NCBI GenBank assembly: GCA_017937705.1
Contig: JAGBDC010000006.1
Location: 30,422 to 94,421 of the forward strand
Direction: 5' to 3'
Length of the DNA: 64,000 nt
Origin: Alphaproteobacteria bacterium
GTDB lineage: Bacteria > Pseudomonadota > Alphaproteobacteria > RF32 > CAG-239
Below are positions 1 to 8,127 of the stretch, piece after piece (positions within the stretch are counted from its first letter, which is position 1; each line of letters starts with the position of its first letter). Under the pieces are notes generated by a model. That model searched no databases, had not been told where the DNA came from, and saw only the letters and a list, made by a program, of their open reading frames with translations. The translations under genes and the position numbers were made by a program.

Positions 1-158
1 TCTCCGAAAAGACTTTGCATACCTTCTCCCCAAAAAATTGCAATTTCCGTCATATCTTTATCAAAAAGATATTTTCCTATTTTGGCAATTTTACCATTAC
101 CGATTTTTAATAAATAAGGAATATTAATTTGCCGATTAGTCATAAACGGATATTTCAT
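1..158 (-). CDS. hypothetical protein, N-terminal fragment (gene runs off the window edge)
   Basis: Minus-strand ATG at 158-156, preceded by GGAGAA about 7 nt upstream. It reads MKYPFMTNRQINIPYLLKIGNGKIAKIG... and is open to position 1. Any family assignment (possibly DHQS/Fe-ADH-like) would be a guess. Confidence 0.45.
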   Translation of the reverse strand, partial: MKYPFMTNRQINIPYLLKIGNGKIAKIGKYLFDKDMTEIAIFWGEGMQSLFG

Positions 159-293
159 TACAATTTCTCCTTTGTAAAAATTTTTATGCCGATAATATAG
201 CCCTTTTTATTGTATGTTTATATAGTATATATCTTATAAAAAATAAATCATAGAAAAAATATCTAAAACTAAGATTTAAGAATCTTCGTTTTT

Positions 294-321
294 TTGTTGC
301 ATATCTGTATCTTTTTATATA
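294..321 (+). promoter_or_regulatory. putative sigma70-type promoter (TTGTTG-16 nt-TATATA)
   Basis: -35-like TTGTTG at 294-299 and -10-like TATATA at 316-321. It would start a transcript about 30 nt upstream of the structured element at 353-535. Confidence 0.3.
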
Positions 322-352
322 GTCTGTTATTAGATAAGCGATAGCTTATTTA

Positions 353-535
353 GGGCGTCGAAAACCCTTTTACAAATTAAGTAGTCGCATGCATAGGCGA
401 CTTAAATCTTATATGCCGACTTCTGTCTTGGACGGATGTCGGTGAATAAGGCTTTGAGCCAAATAAGCCGAGCCGTCTTTTGCTTAATTTGTAAACGGTT
501 TTCGAACATCCGCCCGCCTCAATGGTGGGCTTTTT
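353..535 (+). ncRNA. structured leader or sRNA candidate ending in an intrinsic terminator
   Basis: Long-range perfect pairings: 369-381 with 483-495 (13 bp), 358-366 with 497-505 (9 bp), 353-357 with 511-515. There is an internal hairpin at 383-388/397-402. The terminator is GCCCGCC 512-518 / GGTGGGC 524-530 followed by T5. Confidence 0.4.
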
Positions 536-559
536 GTTAGTTAATACTAGGAGAATGTT

Positions 560-1117
560 ATGAAAAAACAACTTAATCAATCAGGACGCTCGATGGTAGA
601 AATGCTGGGAGTTTTAGCAATTATTGGCGTTTTATCTGTAGGCGGTATTGCTGGATATTCAAAAGCTATGGAAAAATATCGAACACAAAAAGCCCTTGAT
701 CAACTTACGTTATTGATAAATAATTTACGTTCGCTACCTGGTCAATACGGATTTGATGGTTATGGTAACCAAACTGAGCTAGCTATCAGATTAGGAATTT
801 TTCCAACAGAAATGTTAAATGGTAAAACGTCAGCAACAGCAACTAAAGCGTATGGTGTTTTCAATAGTGAGGTCGAAATAGGAATGTCTGATTATGAAAT
901 ATCAATTACCTACCCTATCGGACGTTCGGTTTATGCTTGCACTACTCTTGCTACGGCTGATTGGGGTGACGGACTTTATGAAATCGGTATTGGTGGTGCA
1001 GGAGATGTTTTTTTTAGAGAAGATTTTCCGATAAAACTTCCGTTAGCTGCCAAAGAATGTAAAGATCAAATAGTTGGAGATTATGATGGATATATTTTTA
1101 TTTCTTACAAAAAATAG
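560..1117 (+). CDS. type IV pilin-like protein (prepilin-type N-terminal cleavage/methylation-like segment)
   Basis: AGGAGA RBS at 549-554. The N-terminus MKKQLNQSG/RSMVEMLGVLAIIGVLSVGGIAGY has Gly at -1, Glu at +5 and a hydrophobic helix, which is the class III signal pattern. Confidence 0.7.
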   Translation: MKKQLNQSGRSMVEMLGVLAIIGVLSVGGIAGYSKAMEKYRTQKALDQLTLLINNLRSLPGQYGFDGYGNQTELAIRLGIFPTEMLNGKTSATATKAYGVFNSEVEIGMSDYEISITYPIGRSVYACTTLATADWGDGLYEIGIGGAGDVFFREDFPIKLPLAAKECKDQIVGDYDGYIFISYKK

Positions 1118-1144
1118 AAGATAAATCAATTCTCTACTTACAAT

Positions 1145-1173
1145 AAAAAACTCCGGAAATCCGGAGTTTTTTT
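1145..1173. terminator. bidirectional intrinsic terminator
   Basis: CTCCGG AAAT CCGGAG hairpin (1151-1166) flanked by an A-run and a T-run, between convergent genes. Confidence 0.7.
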
Positions 1174-1194
1174 ACTGTATTCAGCACAATATTA

Positions 1195-1659
1195 TCACTT
1201 GGTTGCATTGACAATTAACCAACCAATAAATCCGGTAAGAAACAAAAAACCACCAACAATCCACCAGTCAACACTTTGATCTCTAGGTTCAAAGGAAGTA
1301 GGATATTCAGAATACTTTATAGAATTTGAAGATTCCATAAAGCTTTTTAATTTAGATTTTGAAATATAGTTAAGACAACGAGGATGCTCATGTGCTCCGG
1401 CTTTGATAAAAGTATTATATGCTTTATAATCACCTTTTTTAATAGCTACACAAACACCGGTATCGCCATTTCTATTAAGAGCATCAAGATTTAACCCACG
1501 TCTGGAAGCTGCCATCAACGATGCTAAATCACCATCAGCAGCAATTTTATACATATAATTAAAATCGGCTGGTGAAAGTTTGTTTGTTGCAGCAAAAGCC
1601 GGAGAAATACAGGCTAAATAAAACGCTATCATGGTTATATATGTTATAAATTTTCTCAT
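1195..1659 (-). CDS. ankyrin-repeat protein with signal peptide and C-terminal membrane anchor
   Basis: N-terminal signal-like MRKFITYITMIAFYLACISPAFA. ANK-like motif NRNGDTGVCVAIKKGDYKAYNTFIKAGAH. Hydrophobic C-terminus WWIVGGFLFLTGFIGWLIV. Confidence 0.65.
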   Translation of the reverse strand: MRKFITYITMIAFYLACISPAFAATNKLSPADFNYMYKIAADGDLASLMAASRRGLNLDALNRNGDTGVCVAIKKGDYKAYNTFIKAGAHEHPRCLNYISKSKLKSFMESSNSIKYSEYPTSFEPRDQSVDWWIVGGFLFLTGFIGWLIVNATK

Positions 1660-1748
1660 TTTTTATGAACTCCGTTGTTTTTTGGCATTTTAACAAAATC
1701 TTTTTTAATAAATAGTTTATTTTATTGTTTTTTTTATCAAAAAAATAG

Positions 1749-1777
1749 TTGACAAAATTTCCAAAAAATATTATTCT
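1749..1777 (+). promoter_or_regulatory. putative sigma70-type promoter (TTGACA-17 nt-TATTCT)
   Basis: Consensus -35 TTGACA at 1749-1754 and -10-like TATTCT at 1772-1777, upstream of the 1825 ORF. Confidence 0.45.
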
Positions 1778-1824
1778 GCTACTGATAATAAAATTATTTA
1801 CTAAACAATTCTAATCTAAATGTT

Positions 1825-2349
1825 ATGAACAAAAAAGTTTTAATGTCACTATTTTTTCTTGTGACAGCAGCTTTTTGCTTGAATGCGCAAGCTACAATTG
1901 CGACAAGCAACGAAATCAGTGAAGCACCGGAAGTAATCCTTGGGAAAGGAAACTACTTTACCGGAGAAGTTATTATTGTTGATGATTCTCAAATCTTCAC
2001 AACAAAAGAAAACAACGTCTTTGTTTGGCTTAAGGACAACAAGGCTGTTGAAGTAAAACTTCTGAAACCGGAAATTTTCCACAAAATGCTCGCTGGCGAA
2101 GAAGGCCACAAGGTTTATGACCAATGGCCTATGATCCTCAAAATCAAAAACAAGGAGTATCTTTGTTTTTATTTTGCAACATCCGGAGGCGGCTATTATG
2201 GGCTCCCTAACGGAAAACTTATGAAAGAACGCGGCATGAAGCAAGCCGGAGTTGTTCGCTCACAGTGGTTAACCGACAAAGAAGGAGTGAAAGAAACAAA
2301 CTCTCTTCGATCGCTGATACAGCAGATTTCGGGAACTGTAGAGCAGTAA
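1825..2349 (+). CDS. secreted hypothetical protein
   Basis: Signal-peptide-like N-terminus MNKKVLMSLFFLVTAAFCLNAQA, a promoter upstream and a terminator downstream. No motif recognised. Confidence 0.6.
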   Translation: MNKKVLMSLFFLVTAAFCLNAQATIATSNEISEAPEVILGKGNYFTGEVIIVDDSQIFTTKENNVFVWLKDNKAVEVKLLKPEIFHKMLAGEEGHKVYDQWPMILKIKNKEYLCFYFATSGGGYYGLPNGKLMKERGMKQAGVVRSQWLTDKEGVKETNSLRSLIQQISGTVEQ

Positions 2350-2370
2350 GAACAGCGGACAGATAAAGCA

Positions 2371-2398
2371 AGGCACCAATACACGGTGCCTTTTTTTT
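2371..2398. terminator. intrinsic terminator
   Basis: AGGCACC (2371-2377) / GGTGCCT (2385-2391) hairpin followed by T8. Confidence 0.6.
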
Positions 2399-3212
2399 AT
2401 TTGAAATTATTTTCTAAAAATTTAGCTACTTCTTCTTTCAAATTATTGTTTAAGACTTTATCATTATGATAATTCTGTAATCCGTCAAACATTAGTTTGA
2501 TTAAATTAAGTTTGCGGCAAAAGGCTACTGATGCTTTATAATTCAAATCGAAAAACCAGCTTATAAAAGTAAGACTATGATCGGCAGCAGTTTGTCGTAA
2601 ATTATAGTCTACGGTTTTATGTTTTTTAAAATCTTCGATAACTTTTGGGCTTATTTTAAACTCAGATGACGGAGTTTGGTCAGGATTAGGAACAAATAAT
2701 GACATATATTTTTCGGTTTCGTAGCAAACAATATTAAAATTTGCAACTTTATCAGCATCTCGAATCAGCCAAAAGATATGTTCCACTTCATCTCTAAGCT
2801 TGTTATCTTTTATTGCTAAATACTCCTCATCTTCATAAAATTTTTCTTTTATGTGCCCGTGATGTTTTATAGGTAAAGTTATTCGAATATCATTATATTC
2901 CGGCATATTTCGTAACTTTTCTCCACCAACAACTCCATGATCAATTCTCGGAGTTTTGTTCCAAAGTCCGATTATCTCTTCAAATCTGGCAATATCGTGC
3001 AACAAGACTGCTGTTTTAGCCAAATCAATAAATTCTTGACCATGATTTTGAAACCATTTTTCATGCTTTATGATATAATTTCCTGCACCTAAAACTTGTA
3101 AAGAATGGTGTATTTTTTCTTCGGCATATTGAATATGAAATTCGCTATTTTTCACAATAGATAAGCATTTTTCATATTCCGAATATAATAACTTCATCGC
3201 ATTTTTTAGCAT
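2397..3212 (-). CDS. HD-domain phosphohydrolase family protein
   Basis: H...HD pattern: HHSLQVLG followed by AVLLHDIARFEE. Further His-rich block PIKHHGHIKE. Confidence 0.7.
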   Translation of the reverse strand: MLKNAMKLLYSEYEKCLSIVKNSEFHIQYAEEKIHHSLQVLGAGNYIIKHEKWFQNHGQEFIDLAKTAVLLHDIARFEEIIGLWNKTPRIDHGVVGGEKLRNMPEYNDIRITLPIKHHGHIKEKFYEDEEYLAIKDNKLRDEVEHIFWLIRDADKVANFNIVCYETEKYMSLFVPNPDQTPSSEFKISPKVIEDFKKHKTVDYNLRQTAADHSLTFISWFFDLNYKASVAFCRKLNLIKLMFDGLQNYHNDKVLNNNLKEEVAKFLENNFK

Positions 3213-3404
3213 CTTACCCCCTTATTTTATATGTTTGATTTTATATTTTCAGAGTTATTTTTTAGTTAATGAAAAAAATGCTTGCCAAAAGAACAAAAAT
3301 AGAACAATATATTTTCAGCGGATAAGTTGTTTTCATAAATTGTATTTTATTACGAATTATATGATAGTAACTATAGTTAATTGATAAATGAAAGAGAAAC
3401 GAAC

Positions 3405-4430
3405 ATGGAAAAAGATAAAGCGTTAGATGCAGCCCTTTCACAAATTGAACGCACATTCGGAAAAGGTTCAATTATGCGTTTGGGGCAAAATACAAATATT
3501 GATATTGAAGCTATTTCTACCGGTTCTTTGGGAACAGATATTGCTTTGGGAATCGGTGGTCTTCCAAAAGGAAGAATCATTGAAATATATGGTCCTGAGA
3601 GCTCAGGTAAAACAACTTTTGCCTTGAGTGTTGTTGCTCAAGCGCAGAAAAAAGGCGGAGTTTGCGCATTTGTTGATGCTGAGCACGCCCTCGACCCGTC
3701 TTATGCCAAAAAAATCGGTGTTGATATTGAAAATCTGTTAGTTTCTCAACCGGACTCCGGCGAACAAGCTCTGGAAATTGCCGATACTTTAGTTCGCTCC
3801 GGTGCTATTGATGTTTTGGTCGTTGACTCTGTTGCAGCTTTAGTTCCTAAGGCTGAGTTAGAAGGAGAAATGGGCGACTCTCACATGGGGTTACAAGCAA
3901 GACTCATGTCTCAAGCTTTACGTAAACTTACATCAACCGTTTCACGTTCTAATACTTTGATTATCTTTATCAACCAAATCCGTATGAAAATCGGTGTTAT
4001 GTTCGGCAGTCCGGAAACCACAACCGGCGGTAACGCTTTGAAGTTTTATGCTTCTGTCCGTTTAGACATCAGAAGAATCGGTTCAATTAAAGATAAAGAA
4101 GATGTTATCGGTAGCCAAACCAGAGTTAAAATTGTGAAGAACAAAGTTGCTCCTCCGTTTAAAACTGTTGATTTTGATATTATGTATGGCGAAGGTATTT
4201 CTAAAACAGGAGAGCTCATCGATTTAGGTGTTAAGGCAGGATTGGTTGAAAAATCGGGGGCTTGGTTCTCTTATAAGGGTGAGAAACTGGGACAAGGTCG
4301 TGAAAACGCAAAAATATTCTTGCGCGAACACCCTGAAATTGCTGATGAAATTGAAAATAAAATCAGAGCAGATGCCGGCCATTTAACGGTTGAAATGATT
4401 GGCGAAGATATGTCTGATGATATGGAGTAA
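3405..4430 (+). CDS. recA: recombinase RecA
   Basis: Walker [19 protein letters not shown] and the conserved [35 protein letters not shown] block. ATG 3405 ([11 protein letters not shown]...) is preferred over the TTG at 3381. Confidence 0.95.
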   Translation: MEKDKALDAALSQIERTFGKGSIMRLGQNTNIDIEAISTGSLGTDIALGIGGLPKGRIIEIYGPESSGKTTFALSVVAQAQKKGGVCAFVDAEHALDPSYAKKIGVDIENLLVSQPDSGEQALEIADTLVRSGAIDVLVVDSVAALVPKAELEGEMGDSHMGLQARLMSQALRKLTSTVSRSNTLIIFINQIRMKIGVMFGSPETTTGGNALKFYASVRLDIRRIGSIKDKEDVIGSQTRVKIVKNKVAPPFKTVDFDIMYGEGISKTGELIDLGVKAGLVEKSGAWFSYKGEKLGQGRENAKIFLREHPEIADEIENKIRADAGHLTVEMIGEDMSDDME

Positions 4431-4436
4431 TAATAA

Positions 4437-4459
4437 ATCCCTCGCAAGAGGGATTTTTC
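4437..4459 (+). terminator. intrinsic terminator after recA
   Basis: ATCCCTC GCAA GAGGGAT hairpin followed by a T-run. Confidence 0.7.
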
Positions 4460-4464
4460 ATTTA

Positions 4465-4493
4465 TTGATATTTATATTTTTTTGATGTATAAT
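4465..4493 (+). promoter_or_regulatory. near-consensus sigma70 promoter (TTGATA-17 nt-TATAAT)
   Basis: TTGATA at 4465-4470 and TATAAT at 4488-4493. The track's ATG at 4492 lies inside the -10 box, so the real start is further downstream. Confidence 0.55.
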
Positions 4494-4527
4494 GGCGATA
4501 TGTTTTGTTATGAAGAAGGAATTTGAG

Positions 4528-5676
4528 ATGGCTGACATTAAAGATAAAAAAATAGAAGACGAAAAAATAGAAGAAGAAAAAAAATCTGAATTAGAAAAAA
4601 AAGAACAACAACGAAAAGATGAAGAAAAAAAACAAGAAGCATTGTCAGGGTTAGAAGCTCAAATTAAGTCTTTATCCGATAAATATGGAAATGAATTTAA
4701 TGCAGAAGCTTATACTGCAGCCGCAAAAAATTACATAGAAGAACACAATTCCTTAGAAAATTTTAATGCATCTTCTTTTGTTAAAGAAAAAGAAGATAAA
4801 GATAACGACAAAAATGAAGATAAAAAAATTGAAAACGAGAAAGGTCTTTCTTTTTCTTTGAAAGAAAAAGATGGAAAGTTTACTGCTATAGGTTCAGATG
4901 GTACTGTTTTGGAAGGCAAAAGTTTTGAAGAAATAAACGACAAAGTATGCCAAAACATGAAACAAAAGGCAGAAGCTGAAGGAATAGAAAATACTATATG
5001 CTTCAATGGAAAATCTCCAGAAGAGCAAAAAATTTTTTCAAGAAATGCTATTATGAAACATGACGTTACAATTTTAGGTGGATATCCTAAAGATCCTCAA
5101 TTTTGGAAAGATTTGAAAAATGAATATTTAGCAGATAAAAGTCATTCTTTACAAGACTGGGAACGTATGACACGTAAAATTCCTGATGATGTTATGCAGC
5201 GCACTCCGGAAGAACAAGCTCGTAATAAAAAACTGTTAGATGCTGATTTATTAAAAAAGCTTCGTAAGGGTATTAACCCTAATGACACAATGGGAGCTGC
5301 TTCAAATGTTCCTCCGGCTCCATTAAATATTAATCAAGCTGCAGAACAAAGAAATAATGTTCCCGGTACAACTAAAACTCCCAATACTCCGGTTGCAAAT
5401 AATACTCCCAATATTCCAGGCACATCTAATGTTCCTAATACTCCGGGTGTGACTAATGAAGCCGGAACTGTAGGACAGTCTACGGGAGAACAAGTCGGCG
5501 ATCAAAAATCTCAAGACAGAAATCTGGTAGCACAAATGCGTCGAGGTATTAACCCTAACTCTCCGGAATATCAAGCTCAAATGGCTGCGGAAGAACAACG
5601 CAGACAAAATCCGCAAGAGCTTACTCCTCAGATGCAGGAGGAAATCAAACGCCGTGCTCAAGAAAAAAACAAATAA
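4528..5676 (+). CDS. Lys/Glu-rich, Pro/Asn-repeat protein of unknown function (no signal peptide)
   Basis: AGGAA sits 6 nt before ATG 4528 (MADIKDKK...). Long charged N-terminal part, then repeated R[KR]GINPN and N(V/T)P-type short repeats. Confidence 0.65.
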   Translation: MADIKDKKIEDEKIEEEKKSELEKKEQQRKDEEKKQEALSGLEAQIKSLSDKYGNEFNAEAYTAAAKNYIEEHNSLENFNASSFVKEKEDKDNDKNEDKKIENEKGLSFSLKEKDGKFTAIGSDGTVLEGKSFEEINDKVCQNMKQKAEAEGIENTICFNGKSPEEQKIFSRNAIMKHDVTILGGYPKDPQFWKDLKNEYLADKSHSLQDWERMTRKIPDDVMQRTPEEQARNKKLLDADLLKKLRKGINPNDTMGAASNVPPAPLNINQAAEQRNNVPGTTKTPNTPVANNTPNIPGTSNVPNTPGVTNEAGTVGQSTGEQVGDQKSQDRNLVAQMRRGINPNSPEYQAQMAAEEQRRQNPQELTPQMQEEIKRRAQEKNK

Positions 5677-5698
5677 GTTCATTAGCAATAAACAAAAA

Positions 5699-5725
5699 AT
5701 CCCAAAAAAGTTTTTGGGATTTTTT
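5699..5725 (+). terminator. intrinsic terminator
   Basis: ATCCCAAAAA AG TTTTTGGGAT (10-bp stem) followed by T5. Confidence 0.7.
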
Positions 5726-5806
5726 CATTTTCAGTATATACACCATAATTTTTATAACTATATCTCTATTTTCACTTGCTAATTGTGCAAATTTTATATA
5801 TCTTTA

Positions 5807-5995
5807 TCGCGATATGTATGATGAACATATCGAGGCGTAGAAACCTCTCGCATCGCGTTATGTAATGACGATATATTTACAGCCTTCTGGTCTATCGACT
5901 GGAAGGCGACAAAATATGTTATGTAATAACAAAATATGTCGCGCTATCGATGTGTAGTTTCTAACTTCCAGTCGCCTCATCAGCGACTTTTTTTA
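5807..5995 (+). promoter_or_regulatory. attenuator-like structured leader (three mutually exclusive hairpins plus terminator)
   Basis: Hairpin 5883-5890/5899-5906. Pairing of 5896-5905 with 5965-5974 (10 bp). Terminator AGTCGC 5970-5975 / GCGACT 5983-5988 followed by T8. Additional hairpin at 5810-5817/5825-5832. Confidence 0.4.
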
Positions 5996-6011
5996 TTTTA
6001 GGAATAATGAA

Positions 6012-6413
6012 ATGAATAAATTAAAAACATTGATAATTTTAGGATGTGTGGCATTATCAGCATGTACACATTTGACAGCAGCAGAAAGACATCAAATAAG
6101 AGATTTACAATCTAAAGGAATAACTGTTGACCATCCTCAATCTAATTGGGAAAAACCAGCCAGTCCCGGAATGGCTGGAGTTTTAAATATTTTACCAGGT
6201 TTTGGTAATTTTTATTTAGCTTCAGGAGATGGAGCTGATAGTACACAGTGGATTTATGGAGTGTTGAACTTGTTAACATGGCCATTATCTGTTGTGTGGG
6301 GAGTGCCTGAAGCGGCAATTGATGCAACCGTTATTAATGAAAGAGAATTGATTTATCACTATAATTACGAACGCAAGTCTCCGCTTTATAATCAATACCA
6401 TGATTATCGTTAA
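6012..6413 (+). CDS. lipoprotein with C-terminal hydrophobic segments
   Basis: Lipobox LSAC in MNKLKTLIILGCVALSAC. AGGAA RBS 6-7 nt upstream. Confidence 0.7.
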   Translation: MNKLKTLIILGCVALSACTHLTAAERHQIRDLQSKGITVDHPQSNWEKPASPGMAGVLNILPGFGNFYLASGDGADSTQWIYGVLNLLTWPLSVVWGVPEAAIDATVINERELIYHYNYERKSPLYNQYHDYR

Positions 6414-6420
6414 AACTTAA

Positions 6421-6444
6421 ACGGGGAATATCTCCCCGTTTTTT
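6421..6444. terminator. bidirectional intrinsic terminator
   Basis: ACGGGGA ... TCCCCGT hairpin followed by T6, between convergent genes. Confidence 0.65.
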
Positions 6445-6464
6445 ATAACAAAATAAAAAAGTGA

Positions 6465-7097
6465 TTAAATGTTATCTACATAACGTTTAATCATCTCCAA
6501 AGCTTTTTTGTAATAGTCTTTGCTATGAGGTGCGACATCTGATTTGACTATATCTCTATATTCCATAGTATATGTTCTGTCCGGATTTAGTTTTATCCCT
6601 TTAGCTTCTATTTTTTCAAGTTTTTCATCTAACAAATCGGTAAATTCATTAATATCTACCTCGTATAAACCTTCAACTTCTTCCGGCTGTAAAACAGCTT
6701 TATAAGGCGAGCCGTCAACCATAGACATATAAACCATTTGAAATTCACGATTGTTTATACTGCCGTTTTCATAAATTTCTTTGGCGGTAAACAGTTTGAT
6801 AATGTCGTCTTTGTTAAGTTTTATCCCTAATTCTTCTTCTATTTCTCTGTATCCGTCTTTTACTTCTTCTCCGGCTCTAATATGTCCGGCTGCGGTTATG
6901 TCCAACATATTAGGAAAAATGTCTTTATCATATTTGCGAAGTTGCAACCATAACATGGTTTTTCCATTTTCTTTCTTTTGTGCAAGCCAACAATGGAAAG
7001 TTTTATGCCACAAACCTTCTCGATGAGCCTGCGATTTCATTACTGTTCCCAAAAAATTCATATTTTCATCAAAAATATCAATCAATTCATCAGCCAT
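6465..7097 (-). CDS. NUDIX hydrolase
   Basis: Nudix box GHIRAGEEVKDGYREIEEELGI, matching GX5EX7REUXEEXGU. Confidence 0.8.
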   Translation of the reverse strand: MADELIDIFDENMNFLGTVMKSQAHREGLWHKTFHCWLAQKKENGKTMLWLQLRKYDKDIFPNMLDITAAGHIRAGEEVKDGYREIEEELGIKLNKDDIIKLFTAKEIYENGSINNREFQMVYMSMVDGSPYKAVLQPEEVEGLYEVDINEFTDLLDEKLEKIEAKGIKLNPDRTYTMEYRDIVKSDVAPHSKDYYKKALEMIKRYVDNI

Positions 7098-7110
7098 AGT
7101 CTTTATTCCT

Positions 7111-7833
7111 TTAGTCCAAATAATATTCGATGGTAGAAACTACCCTAACTTTCTTTTCAATTCTGTTCATTTCAGAAGCATTTGCCGTTTGTTCTCTGGG
7201 CAAAATAGAAAAAACACCTTGATTAGCTTTACGAATTTTTCCAACCTTGGTGTTCGAACTTTTAGCAAACTCATTTGCGGCAGCCATTGCATTTTTAGTA
7301 GCGGATTCAAGCATTTGAGGTTTTATCTCATTAATTTTAGTAAAGATATACGAAACCGGCATATAACTGTTATTGTCAAAAACAATTCCTTGTGAAATCA
7401 AACTTCCGGTAGAATTTACAGCTTTTTCGACCAAATCAACATTTGTCGATTTTACTTGTATGGTTTGAGTTAAAATATAACGAAATGAATTTTGCGAATC
7501 GCTACGATAAGGATTAGCCATAAGGTCATTTGTTTCGGTTCGCTGAACCATAATTTCGTTATCTTCAAACCCTAATTTTTTCAAAAACAATATGATAAGA
7601 TTTTGTTGTTCTGTCATTTTTGATTGAGATTTGGCTAAATCGTTTCCGGTAATGATATATTTAATATCCCAAACTCCCAAATCGGCTTTTACATCCATTT
7701 CAGCCAGCCCTTTAACCGTCACATAATTGGCATCGGCTTTCGAGCGATAGTAATAATATCCGGGGAAAAATCCGCCCAAAGCAACACCCAGCGACAATAT
7801 AAAGCTACACAATATTTTGCATTTATCGGTCAT
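7111..7833 (-). CDS. SIMPL/DUF541-like periplasmic protein (tentative)
   Basis: N-terminal membrane/signal segment. Overall layout resembles YggE-type proteins. The assignment is from memory of the family only. Confidence 0.5.
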   Translation of the reverse strand: MTDKCKILCSFILSLGVALGGFFPGYYYYRSKADANYVTVKGLAEMDVKADLGVWDIKYIITGNDLAKSQSKMTEQQNLIILFLKKLGFEDNEIMVQRTETNDLMANPYRSDSQNSFRYILTQTIQVKSTNVDLVEKAVNSTGSLISQGIVFDNNSYMPVSYIFTKINEIKPQMLESATKNAMAAANEFAKSSNTKVGKIRKANQGVFSILPREQTANASEMNRIEKKVRVVSTIEYYLD

Positions 7834-7948
7834 AAATTCTCCTTAAAAGAAAAAACTCGTGCATGATATATAAATACTATCGTTTTTTAGTTTTGGCAAC
7901 TGCGGGATAAAATTATTAATAAGTTTTATAAAAAAATTATAAAAACTA

Positions 7949-7977
7949 TTGACGAACTTAAAAAGTTAAGTTAAATA
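7949..7977 (+). promoter_or_regulatory. putative promoter of tRNA-Ser (TTGACG-17 nt-TAAATA)
   Basis: -35 at 7949-7954 and -10 at 7972-7977, about 20 nt upstream of the mature tRNA 5' end. Confidence 0.45.
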
Positions 7978-7997
7978 TAACTCCGTCGTCTGCTGAT

Positions 7998-8085
7998 GGA
8001 GAGTTGGCAGAGTGGTAATGCAGCGGATTGCTAATCCGTCATCGGTAACTCCGATGCACAGGTTCGAGTCCTGTACTCTCCGCCA
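7998..8085 (+). tRNA. tRNA-Ser (anticodon GCU), long variable arm, CCA encoded
   Basis: Acceptor GGAGAGT/ACTCTCC. Anticodon loop TTGCTAA. Variable arm ATCGG/CCGAT. T-arm ACAGG TTCGAGT CCTGT. Ends GCCA. Confidence 0.9.
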
Positions 8086-8089
8086 CTTA

Positions 8090-8113
8090 AAGCCTTGATT
8101 TTCAAGGCTTTTT
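8090..8113. terminator. intrinsic terminator after tRNA-Ser
   Basis: AAGCCTTGA TTT TCAAGGCTT followed by a T-run. Confidence 0.7.
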
Positions 8114-8127
8114 ATTTTGCTAAATTA

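Noticed and set aside
377-580. 67-aa minus-strand ORF overlapping the structured region and the pilin gene start
   Set aside because: It has no RBS, runs antisense through the paired RNA segments and the terminator, and overlaps the pilin RBS and start. It is most likely a chance ORF.
1849-2244. 131-aa minus-strand ORF opposite the 1825-2349 gene
   Set aside because: The plus-strand frame is longer and has a signal peptide, an upstream TTGACA promoter and a downstream terminator. The minus-strand ORF has none of these.
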